Position numbers and translations under genes: made by a program
Source: Candidatus Woesearchaeota archaeon
GTDB taxonomy: Archaea > Nanobdellota > Nanobdellia > Woesearchaeales > JACJVV01
Length of the DNA stretch: 64,000 nucleotides
Direction: 5' to 3'
Assembly: GCA_047602755.1 (NCBI GenBank)
Contig: JBLKOM010000006.1
Coordinates: 77,561-141,560, forward strand
Shown: one piece after another, positions 39,866 to 48,620 of the stretch
Layout of the letters: each line of letters begins with the position of its first letter
How positions within the stretch are numbered: the first letter of the stretch is position 1
The notes under the pieces: generated by a model
Databases searched by the model: none
The model's input: only the letters and a program-made list of their open reading frames with translations
What the model was told of the DNA's origin: nothing

Positions 39866-40417
39866 ATGGCATTTATAAGAAAAAAAAAGATTAACGGAAA
39901 AGAATATGCATATTTAGTTAAAAATAAGTGGACTGATAAAGGAAGCAGACAAAAAGCTAAATATCTTGGAAAAATAATACATTTAGATATTATTGATACG
40001 ACTATTAATTTTCGTGATATGATTTTACGAAAGTATAATTTACAAATAGATGAATTTTTTAAAAAAAATTCTAAAGCTGATATAACTAATGAAATTATAT
40101 ATTATGAATTAATACGAAGAGGTTTTGATTGGGAAAAAATAGAAATCAATCAGGAAAAACGAAATCTTTTAGCAAATCAAAAGTATTATTACAAAGCAAG
40201 AAATGTTTATAGCAAAAAGAATCATAGAGAAGCTATAATTGAAATAAATGAAGGTTTTTTATGCAAAATAACATTAGACAAATTAACAAGAACAAAAATA
40301 ACAGGTTATGATGAAAGAGAGAAAGGAATACAACTTGCAAAATTACTTTTAGAATCAGGACTTAAAATTGATAGAGATTTATTTGTAACTATGTATGAAA
40401 GATGGGTTGATGATTGA
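39866..40417 (+). CDS. hypothetical basic protein (183 aa)
   Basis: ORF with N-terminus KINGKEYAYLVKNKWTDKGSRQKAKYLGK. Family not recognised. Confidence 0.5.
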   Translation: MAFIRKKKINGKEYAYLVKNKWTDKGSRQKAKYLGKIIHLDIIDTTINFRDMILRKYNLQIDEFFKKNSKADITNEIIYYELIRRGFDWEKIEINQEKRNLLANQKYYYKARNVYSKKNHREAIIEINEGFLCKITLDKLTRTKITGYDEREKGIQLAKLLLESGLKIDRDLFVTMYERWVDD

Positions 40418-40453
40418 TTTATTCTACTGAGATTTAAATTATTACAAACATAT

Positions 40454-40535
40454 GTAAAAAGTCTGCTTGCGCTGCATAATTGTATTTTTTCTCAAAAAAT
40501 ATAGCATCTCACTGGGCAAAGTGCACTTTTTACTC
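40454..40535 (+). repeat. roughly 82-nt structured repeat element, copy 1 (nested inverted repeats ending in a T-tract). Terminator-like or small RNA
   Basis: About 80% identical to 56369-56450, with the same orientation and the same position just downstream of a plus-strand stop codon. Confidence 0.6.
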
Positions 40536-40580
40536 ATTTATAAACACAAAATTAATAAACCTAACAAACAATAAATCCAG

Positions 40581-41504
40581 ATGAAATGGATAAAAGTATT
40601 CTCCCCTGCAACAATAGGTAATATTGGTCCTGGTTTTGATGTTCTAGGACTTGCAGTACAAGGACTAGGAGATACTATTGAAGCAAGAAAAATAAAGAAA
40701 GGAATTGTTATAAGTGAAATAATATCAGAAAGTAAATTATCTTCTAACCCAAAAAAGAATACAGTAACACTAGCTGCAAAAGAAGTTTTGAAGTTATTAA
40801 AAATTAAAGAAGGAATAGAATTTAAAATAAGAAAAGGTTTACCTGCTGGTTCAGGGCTTGGAAGTAGTGCTGCATCCGCTGCTGCAGGCGCATTTGCTGC
40901 TAATTATCTTTATGGAAATAAACTAACTAAAAAAGAATTAATACTTCCTGCAACATTAGCAGAACAAAAGGTTAGTGGAGGATTCTTTGCTGATAATACT
41001 GCACCTGCATTACTTGGTGGTGCTACTTTAACAAGAACAATGCAACCTTTGGATATAACTAAAATAGGAACAATTAATAATTTGGTAGTAATATTAGTTA
41101 CTCCGAATATAACAATTTTAACTTCTAAAGCAAGAAAAATTTTACCTAAAAAAGTACCAATGGAAGATTTTGTTCATAATATGGCTAATACTTCATTAAT
41201 AACAGCTGCATTTGCAAAAAATGATTATAATTTATTTGCAAGAAGCTTGCAAGATCATGTCATTGAACCTTATAGAAAAAAATTAATTGATGGTTTTGAT
41301 AATGTTAGAAAAGCAGCAATAAAAGCTGGAGCAAATGGAATGGCTATTTCTGGAAGTGGGCCAACAGTATTCTCAATAACTAATAATTATAATTTAGCAA
41401 AAAATATTGAGAAAGCTATGAATAAAGAGTTTAATAAATTAGGAATAAAAACAAAAAGTATAATTACAAAAGTAGAGAATCAAGGTACTAAATTGATTGA
41501 TTAA
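40581..41504 (+). CDS. thrB: homoserine kinase (GHMP kinase family)
   Basis: IKVFSPATIGNIGPGFDVLGLAV (ThrB N-terminal signature) and PAGSGLGSSAASAAAG (GHMP ATP-binding motif). Confidence 0.85.
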   Translation: MKWIKVFSPATIGNIGPGFDVLGLAVQGLGDTIEARKIKKGIVISEIISESKLSSNPKKNTVTLAAKEVLKLLKIKEGIEFKIRKGLPAGSGLGSSAASAAAGAFAANYLYGNKLTKKELILPATLAEQKVSGGFFADNTAPALLGGATLTRTMQPLDITKIGTINNLVVILVTPNITILTSKARKILPKKVPMEDFVHNMANTSLITAAFAKNDYNLFARSLQDHVIEPYRKKLIDGFDNVRKAAIKAGANGMAISGSGPTVFSITNNYNLAKNIEKAMNKEFNKLGIKTKSIITKVENQGTKLID

Positions 41505-41517
41505 TAGACATTGTTTT

Positions 41518-42297
41518 TTAATTCTTCTTTTGTAATTTCTTCAAATCTTTTAATTTACCAAAATGAAGTAATTCCTTTCCATATACTACTACCTCGAAAT
41601 TATCAAGGTTATGTTTCAAATAAGGAGATAGCACATTTTCTTGAAGAATATTTGTTCCATCAGTTATTTCGTTATAAGAAGGCATAGCAATAAGCTTATA
41701 ATTTTTATATTTACCTATCAAAAAACACTTGTATGTTTCAGATCTATTTTCTCCAACTAAAGTGATTGCAGGATGTTCATGACCTATAATAATTGTATCA
41801 ATCTTTTTGGCACTATTTTTATTATTTGTTTCATCATTTTTTAGTTTATTTTTCTCTATCTTATTAATATCTATTATTTTATCCCCATGAACAATTAAGA
41901 ATGAACCTACTTGATAATAATCAACTAGTTTAAGATTACATTCTTCAGCAATTGGGCTAAGTATTTTGTCATGATTACCTTTTACTAGAAAGATATTTTT
42001 ATTCTTAAATAAACTCAAAAATTTGATAGTATGTCTCCATTCTGTTTTAGATATATCACCAAACTCATGTTTTAGATCACCATTTAATACAACAGTATCA
42101 AAATCAACTTCTGAAATAATATTTCTTGTTTTCTCATATACATGTTTAAAAAAAACTCTAGGTAAAAGAATTCCTTGTTTATTTAATGCTTCTTCATACC
42201 CAATATGAACATCAGAAATTATTAATGTTTTATATTTAGGTAAGTATATTGTTAATGAAATTAAATCAATCTCATTAGATATTTTTATTTTTGACAT
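41518..42297 (-). CDS. calcineurin-like metallophosphoesterase
   Basis: ISDVHIG...(D-x-H), NGDLKHE (GD-x-x-H), VKGNHD (GNH[DE]), IIGHEHP (GH-x-H). Confidence 0.7.
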   Translation of the reverse strand: MSKIKISNEIDLISLTIYLPKYKTLIISDVHIGYEEALNKQGILLPRVFFKHVYEKTRNIISEVDFDTVVLNGDLKHEFGDISKTEWRHTIKFLSLFKNKNIFLVKGNHDKILSPIAEECNLKLVDYYQVGSFLIVHGDKIIDINKIEKNKLKNDETNNKNSAKKIDTIIIGHEHPAITLVGENRSETYKCFLIGKYKNYKLIAMPSYNEITDGTNILQENVLSPYLKHNLDNFEVVVYGKELLHFGKLKDLKKLQKKN

Positions 42298-42346
42298 AAT
42301 AAAAGTAAAAAAATAAAAGAAATTAAAAAATGTTTGTACTAAACAT

Positions 42347-43141
42347 CTATATCTCTATTAGTGTTGTATCTGAGGGAGGATTCATATCTCCTGGTCTTAA
42401 ATTATTAAATGCAGCTGAGCTATATCTTGCAACTCTGTTTTGTCTACCTTCTGAATCTATTTCAAAAACACGATATGGTAAACTGTATAATTCATTTGCC
42501 TCTAATAAATAATTTTTATTTTGTTTTTCAAATTCAACAACTACACAACGTCTATTTTCACAACTAACAGTAGAACCTATAACAGCATTATCTAATTCTG
42601 TAATCCAATCAGATGCTAATTTCTGAGGATAATGTTTATCATAATCTATTATAGTATGCCTCCTTAAATTTGCAAGATTACAATCATTTCCATTATATCT
42701 CCTATTATTTACACAATAAGCATAAGCAGTTCCATCAATAAAATAAATAGTATTATACCTAAAAGTAGTTCCTGGAATATCAACTAAATTTCTTAACCAT
42801 ACTATTATAATATCATCTCTTATTTGTACTTGAAAGCCTTCTTCTTCATCATAATACTCATAAGAGGTTAATTCATTATAGTTTTCCTTAAGCTTAATGA
42901 TTGCAGAATCTAGTATAATTTCTGATTCTGGACATTCAAAAAAGTTACAATTATCATCAGGATTTCTAGCAACAAAAGAACCATCAGGACATTCTTTAAC
43001 ATCTTGTGCACAAAAGACTATATCATCTGAAGAATCATCTATTAAATCCGATGGACCATTATCAATTATGTTATTTTGTGAACAACCTATCACAAATAGC
43101 ATAACCATTAATGTTAAAGTAAGAATTAATTTTTTTTTCAT
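42347..43141 (-). CDS. secreted or lipoprotein-like Cys-rich hypothetical protein (264 aa)
   Basis: Signal peptide MKKKLILTLTLMVMLFVIGCSQ with a lipobox-like IGC. Several Cys pairs. Confidence 0.55.
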   Translation of the reverse strand: MKKKLILTLTLMVMLFVIGCSQNNIIDNGPSDLIDDSSDDIVFCAQDVKECPDGSFVARNPDDNCNFFECPESEIILDSAIIKLKENYNELTSYEYYDEEEGFQVQIRDDIIIVWLRNLVDIPGTTFRYNTIYFIDGTAYAYCVNNRRYNGNDCNLANLRRHTIIDYDKHYPQKLASDWITELDNAVIGSTVSCENRRCVVVEFEKQNKNYLLEANELYSLPYRVFEIDSEGRQNRVARYSSAAFNNLRPGDMNPPSDTTLIEI

Positions 43142-43238
43142 TTAATACACCCCATTTTTAATTAATAATACTAATTAAATTTAATAATTTATAAGATTTT
43201 TCCAAAGAATATATATATATTAAAAGAATTTAAACTAT

Positions 43239-43796
43239 ATGAAACATTGGATAAAAATATTCCAAAAACATAGAAAACAAATTGAATTATATGGTATTTT
43301 ATCTTTAATAGCTATTTTATTGTTATTTCTGTTCTTAGATATAATATTAGCTACTATTGTTGTGATTTGTTTCATAGGTGCAAATATATTATTAAGAATG
43401 TATAGAAGAATTCTTCCGGGTGTACCAATTGAATTTGAGGTTGTTATAATGGGGTCAATAGTATGCACTATTGCCTTTAATATATGGGCTGGTTTAATTG
43501 TTGCAATTTTTGGAAGTTTACTTGCAGAATTTTTAAATCAATTTATATCACCGCATAGTTTAGTAAATATGGGAATTTATTTCTTAATTCCTTTTATTGC
43601 ACTTTTTTTAGATGCCAGTAACATTCAAACAATTGGGTTTATGATTGCAATAATTGCTAATATAATTATTTTCATAATCTTTATGTTTATGGGATATGAT
43701 TTAGTAAAGAATTTTGCATTTAGTATAACAAATGTATTTTGGAATTATTTAATGTTTAAATATGTTGCAGGAATTTTACTTGTGATGTTGGTGTAG
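43239..43796 (+). CDS. polytopic membrane protein (185 aa)
   Basis: ORF with several hydrophobic helices. Confidence 0.5.
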   Translation: MKHWIKIFQKHRKQIELYGILSLIAILLLFLFLDIILATIVVICFIGANILLRMYRRILPGVPIEFEVVIMGSIVCTIAFNIWAGLIVAIFGSLLAEFLNQFISPHSLVNMGIYFLIPFIALFLDASNIQTIGFMIAIIANIIIFIIFMFMGYDLVKNFAFSITNVFWNYLMFKYVAGILLVMLV

Positions 43797-43820
43797 ATGT
43801 TTATTGATACTGCTTGTTAA

Positions 43821-44960
43821 TTAATATTTTCTTTCAATATGACTTTTAGGGGTTATTTCTATCAAAGAGAATTTTTTATTAGGATTTATTTTATTCCATT
43901 CTGCAATATTATCTTTCATAGATAATCTTTCTTGAGTAGGATAGTCTCTACCAAATGATTGATTTCCTCCCCATGCATGTGCTGCCCCATATACTGCTAT
44001 TGCATATGCATTTATTTGATTTGAGATTATACTTAGTAATACATCTTCACGATCTTCTAAGACTATTTCCCAAAGTCTATCTCTTTCTTTAGGATTTAAA
44101 CCACCCCTTCTTATTCTTTCTCTGGCTTGACCTGCTTCAATATTAAGTCCTGCTTCCTCAGCCGATTCAATTGAAATAAGATAATTAATCGCAATATGTC
44201 CTACTGCATTGTATTTATATTCTTCACCTATATTATTAGCTACATAAAGTTCTGTAGATTCTTTTACTTTTTCTGCTTCATCTTTAAGTGCTTCTAATTG
44301 CCTGTGTAAACTAGCTAAATATGTTGTCCTTATTTGTTCTATATTACTTGATATGGTATAGTATTCTTCAGGTATTTCCCCTTGATTTGCTAATTCTATT
44401 TCTTGTTTTGTTTCAATAATTCTTTGGTTAATTCTTGTAAGATCAATCTCAAAAATACTCTTAAAGATTCTTTCGTAAGCAATAGTACTAGTTATTACCC
44501 CCTCTGTTAGTTCTGCAACTCCTTCTTTATATATCCTAGTAAATCCTATATTATTAACCAAGTATTCTAAAATTTTATAGATATCTCTTTGAGAACTTTC
44601 AATTTTTCTTTCTACTTCTTGTGTTGGATTTTCCACCATATGAGTTTGCCTTATATGCACTAAAGTATATCTTGCACCAGGAGTAATATATTTATCAACA
44701 GATGATGCTCCAGGTATTTCAGCAGGGAAATCTAAAAGAAACTGATTTGCTTCTGTAATAGATTCCAAATTAAAACTTCTTGGAGCAACTGCATTTAAGT
44801 CATCATGAAAAACTGGTTGATTTCTCCAATTATTATAACCAAGAAAAGTAATCATTCCAGCTGCAACTAACCCCATTCCTGAAGTAATAAAACTTCTTAA
44901 TCTAGTTTTTTTTACTTTAGATTCTAATGTTTCATCTTTGTTCTGGTTTGATTGTTTCAT
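43821..44960 (-). CDS. membrane-anchored hypothetical protein, weak TraB/GumN-family resemblance (379 aa)
   Basis: N-terminal TM segment. ...IAVYGAAHAWGG resembles the C-terminal GaaHl-G motif of the TraB/GumN family. Weak evidence. Confidence 0.45.
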   Translation of the reverse strand: MKQSNQNKDETLESKVKKTRLRSFITSGMGLVAAGMITFLGYNNWRNQPVFHDDLNAVAPRSFNLESITEANQFLLDFPAEIPGASSVDKYITPGARYTLVHIRQTHMVENPTQEVERKIESSQRDIYKILEYLVNNIGFTRIYKEGVAELTEGVITSTIAYERIFKSIFEIDLTRINQRIIETKQEIELANQGEIPEEYYTISSNIEQIRTTYLASLHRQLEALKDEAEKVKESTELYVANNIGEEYKYNAVGHIAINYLISIESAEEAGLNIEAGQARERIRRGGLNPKERDRLWEIVLEDREDVLLSIISNQINAYAIAVYGAAHAWGGNQSFGRDYPTQERLSMKDNIAEWNKINPNKKFSLIEITPKSHIERKY

Positions 44961-45068
44961 TTTCGAAATATTTTGTAGTAAATATCATTCATTTTTATTT
45001 TTCATTTGTTCAACATTTTGTTTTAATAAATTTAGTTTTTATATATATAACAAAAAAAATAAAAAAAA

Positions 45069-45818
45069 TTATTTCATAGGAACTCTTATTGTGAATGTTA
45101 CATCCCAATTTTGTCTTTCACCATCTTTATATGTAACACCTGGTCTTAAGACATATTGAATTCCATCTTTTGTATCATATCTTGCAATAGGCCTTACTGA
45201 AATTGCTGTAGAATCTGTATCAGATATAGCAACATTTTCTAAACCTAATCTTATTCTTCCAGATTGATTCTCAGCAATTTGATATGAAGGAGTAAATCTT
45301 GCTATTAACTGATCATTTCCTGATTCAACATGATTGTAACCTACTCCTGCATCAATCATTTTTTTACCTGCTCGTGTAGTTGATAATAAATAACCTCCTA
45401 ATTGTTTTTGATTGCCTGTTATTTCGCCAGTAGGTAATACACCTGTTAATAATAGCATAACATCTGTTAAACTATTATCTGTTACATGTTGAGTAGAAGC
45501 TCCAGCTTCAAGATACAAATCACCAGTTCCATTATTACTTGTAGCAGTCCCTCCAACACTAACATAAGGAACTTGTCCAGCTACATAATACATTAGCTTA
45601 TCAGTTATATCACCCTTAATTTTTAATGTAGGTGCAATAACTGTTCTTTCTACACCTGAAGATGTTTTAATATGTGTTACTGCTGCTTGATATTGTCCAG
45701 GTTTATTTGACCTTATTGCTTCGCCCATATCAGCATTTGTTAAAGATGGCAATAGTGTAGCAAGTCCAATTACAAGGTATTTTTTTGCACTATTTACAAA
45801 CCCATTAACTTTTTTCAT
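45069..45818 (-). CDS. secreted hypothetical protein, beta-rich (249 aa)
   Basis: Signal peptide. GGAGGTAAATAAAATG Shine-Dalgarno-like sequence upstream. Alternating hydrophilic/hydrophobic beta-strand-like composition. Confidence 0.55.
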   Translation of the reverse strand: MKKVNGFVNSAKKYLVIGLATLLPSLTNADMGEAIRSNKPGQYQAAVTHIKTSSGVERTVIAPTLKIKGDITDKLMYYVAGQVPYVSVGGTATSNNGTGDLYLEAGASTQHVTDNSLTDVMLLLTGVLPTGEITGNQKQLGGYLLSTTRAGKKMIDAGVGYNHVESGNDQLIARFTPSYQIAENQSGRIRLGLENVAISDTDSTAISVRPIARYDTKDGIQYVLRPGVTYKDGERQNWDVTFTIRVPMK

Positions 45819-45919
45819 TTTATTTACCTCCTAGTATATCCATTCACCATCTATATAGGTGTATTCACCTTTGATTTCCAATTCATGATATTCAATCTCT
45901 TGATTACCAAGTACGCCTT

Positions 45920-46033
45920 TCATTCAAAACCACCCCCCATTATTTCGATTTCAATTGAAGGAATTCTTTCTTTCAAACATATAGGACAAAATTTATCCTC
46001 TTGAATTATATTGTATCCACATTTGCATTTCAT
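45920..46033 (-). CDS. small zinc-ribbon protein (37 aa from MKCKCGY...; the ORF track extends it to 73 aa)
   Basis: CKCG...x11...CPIC. Transcribed divergently from the TrmB-like regulator gene. Confidence 0.35.
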   Translation of the reverse strand: MKCKCGYNIIQEDKFCPICLKERIPSIEIEIMGGGFE

Positions 46034-46157
46034 ATATATCACCCCAATTTTATTGTGACTAATACTACTATAAAGTAATAAATAATATATAAATGTTATC
46101 TCCCCTTTAAGGGGTTGATATAGAAAAATATTTATATACAATTAATATACAATTAAT

Positions 46158-47735
46158 ATGGATTTATCCGTACTTGAAGAAATAGGAATGACTAAAGGAG
46201 AAATTGCTGTATATTTAGCATTACTAGAGATTGGAAGTTCAACTGTTGGTCCTATTGCAGACAAAGCAAAAGTAAGTAGTTCTAAAATATATGATATTCT
46301 TGAAAGATTAATAGATAAGGGTCTTGCAAATTATGTAATAAGAGAAAATACAAAATATTTTGATGCTGCACAACCTAATAGAATTTTGGATTACATGCAA
46401 GACAAGAAAAAACAAATTGAAGATAAAGAAGAAAAAATAAAGCAAATGCTACCCGAATTAGAATTAAAACAAAACTTAAACCAAAAAAAACAAGAAGTCA
46501 ATGTATATGAAGGAATTAAAGGAATAAAAACAGTTAGAGAAAAATCATTAAGAGAAATGAAGAAAGGAGAAGAGTTCTATATACTTGGTGCGTCTGCAGC
46601 ATCAAATCTAAAGTTAGGAGATTATTGGATGAATTATCATAGAAGAAGATCACAGCAAAAGATAGGATTAAAGATGCTAATTAATAGAGATGCACCAAAA
46701 CATCATTTAGATGAAAGAAATGTACTACCTCATACAGATGTTAAATATATGCCATTTGATGCATCAACACCAGCATGGATTGAAATATATAACGAAAGAG
46801 CAGTTGTGGGGATTGCAGAAGATGAACCTATATCTATTGAAATAAAAAGCAAAAAAGCTGCTCAAAGTTTTAGATCATATTTTGAAGCATTATGGAATCA
46901 GGATACTGGAGTGACAAAAGGATGGAAAGCATTTGAACAGTCACTAAACAATATGCTTGATGAAATTCCACAAGATGGAGAGTATCAAGTTTATGGAGCA
47001 GCAATGGGTCCTAATAATAGTATTAAAAATTATATAAATTTTTTTAGTAAATTTCACAAAAGAAGAATAAGTAAAAAAATTAATGTAAGATTATTATTTT
47101 ATCAAGATGGGCTAGAACAAGTTAATAAATATAAAAAAAATATATCATGGTTTGAAAGAGGACAAATAAAATTTCTAAATTATAATCAAGAATCACCTGT
47201 ACAAGTATTCACATATAATGATAAAGCCTTGTTAACTATTCATGAAAAAGAACCTACAGTTATTTACATCAATAATAAAAATATTGCAAATTCTTTTCGA
47301 AAGAATTTTGAAAATAGTTGGAATCAAGAAGTAAGAATACTAAGAGGTATAGATTCAATGAAAATACTTTTTAATGAATTTTTAGAATTTGATAAAGTTG
47401 ATATGATAGCTGCAAAAGGATATTTTATTGATAAATGTCCAAAATTTATAGATCAATGGGAGAAAATAGCAATTAAAAAAAAAATTAAAATACGAAATAT
47501 TGTTGATTTAAGCACAAGAGGACATCGAATTACAAAATTTAAATTTGCAGAAACTAAATATACATTAAATAATGAATTTTCAGAACTTAGTGTAATAACA
47601 ATTTATGGAAATAAGGTTGTGATAAGTAATTGGACAAAAGAAGAACCAATAATAATAATAATTGAGAATAAAGAAATAAATGAAATGTATAAAAAACAAT
47701 TTGAATTATTATGGAAAAAAGAAAACTTTAAGTAA
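46158..47735 (+). CDS. TrmB-family transcriptional regulator with a large C-terminal domain (525 aa)
   Basis: N-terminus LEEIGMTKGEIAVYLALLEIGSSTVGPIADKAKVSSSKIYDILERLIDKGLANYV (TrmB-type wHTH) followed by a coiled-coil linker. Confidence 0.65.
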   Translation: MDLSVLEEIGMTKGEIAVYLALLEIGSSTVGPIADKAKVSSSKIYDILERLIDKGLANYVIRENTKYFDAAQPNRILDYMQDKKKQIEDKEEKIKQMLPELELKQNLNQKKQEVNVYEGIKGIKTVREKSLREMKKGEEFYILGASAASNLKLGDYWMNYHRRRSQQKIGLKMLINRDAPKHHLDERNVLPHTDVKYMPFDASTPAWIEIYNERAVVGIAEDEPISIEIKSKKAAQSFRSYFEALWNQDTGVTKGWKAFEQSLNNMLDEIPQDGEYQVYGAAMGPNNSIKNYINFFSKFHKRRISKKINVRLLFYQDGLEQVNKYKKNISWFERGQIKFLNYNQESPVQVFTYNDKALLTIHEKEPTVIYINNKNIANSFRKNFENSWNQEVRILRGIDSMKILFNEFLEFDKVDMIAAKGYFIDKCPKFIDQWEKIAIKKKIKIRNIVDLSTRGHRITKFKFAETKYTLNNEFSELSVITIYGNKVVISNWTKEEPIIIIIENKEINEMYKKQFELLWKKENFK

Positions 47736-47806
47736 TCAAATTTATTAATATATAATAATATATAATACCTAAAATAAATTAAATACAAAAAACATTATTA
47801 TAAAAA

Positions 47807-48604
47807 ATGGCAAAGATAGGATTAATATTAGGAGGAGGAGGAACACGAGGATATGCACATATAGGTGTACTTAAAGTAATTGATAAACTAGGAATAAAGA
47901 TTGATGCAGTTGCTGGATGCAGCGTTGGTTCCTTAATTGGTGCAGCATACTGCTCTGGAACTTCTCCTGATGAAATTGAGAAATATGCAAAAAAACTTGG
48001 ATTATTAGATGTATTTGATGTTAATATATCACCTAAAGGAATCAGAACAACAAAGAAACTTGAGAAAATATTTAATGATACCGTTCAAGTAAATAAATTT
48101 GAAGATCTTAAAATTCCATTATTTATTAATGCAGTAAATTTATCAAAGACCAAAGAAGAGATTTTTAGTAAAGGAAATATTTTTGATGCGATAAGAGCAA
48201 GTGTAAGTGTACCAGGATTAGTTAGCCCTTACAAAATAGGTTCAGATTATTATGTTGATGGTGGAGTTATGAATTCAGAACCAGTTTCAATATTGCCAAA
48301 TACTATTAAAAGATATATAATTGTTGACGTATCACCATTAGGTAAATTAGAAATAGAAAAAGCAAATGTTATTGATATAATAGATATTTCAATGAGGATA
48401 ATGCAAAAAGAATCATGGAAATTAAGAAATATGGGTATATTAAAAAGAAAACATGTTATAATAAAACCAAATTTATATAAAAATTTATTATTAGAACCTA
48501 GAAAAAAATATACTGAGATAATAAAAGAAGGAGAGATTGCAGCATTAAGAAAACAAAAAGAATTACAAAACCTGTCAAAATCATGGTATCATTTAAAGAA
48601 ATAA
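47807..48604 (+). CDS. patatin-like phospholipase
   Basis: ILGGGGTRG (oxyanion Gly-rich loop), GCSVGS (G-x-S-x-G nucleophile elbow), DGG (catalytic Asp). Confidence 0.75.
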   Translation: MAKIGLILGGGGTRGYAHIGVLKVIDKLGIKIDAVAGCSVGSLIGAAYCSGTSPDEIEKYAKKLGLLDVFDVNISPKGIRTTKKLEKIFNDTVQVNKFEDLKIPLFINAVNLSKTKEEIFSKGNIFDAIRASVSVPGLVSPYKIGSDYYVDGGVMNSEPVSILPNTIKRYIIVDVSPLGKLEIEKANVIDIIDISMRIMQKESWKLRNMGILKRKHVIIKPNLYKNLLLEPRKKYTEIIKEGEIAALRKQKELQNLSKSWYHLKK

Positions 48605-48620
48605 TTCGAAGTTAATATTT

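Noticed and set aside
45836-45925. 29-aa minus-strand micro-ORF (MKGVLGNQEIEYHELEIKGEYTYIDGEWIY) between the Zn-ribbon ORF and the secreted-protein gene
   Set aside because: It is too short to support from sequence alone. It may be a leader peptide, but there is no independent evidence.
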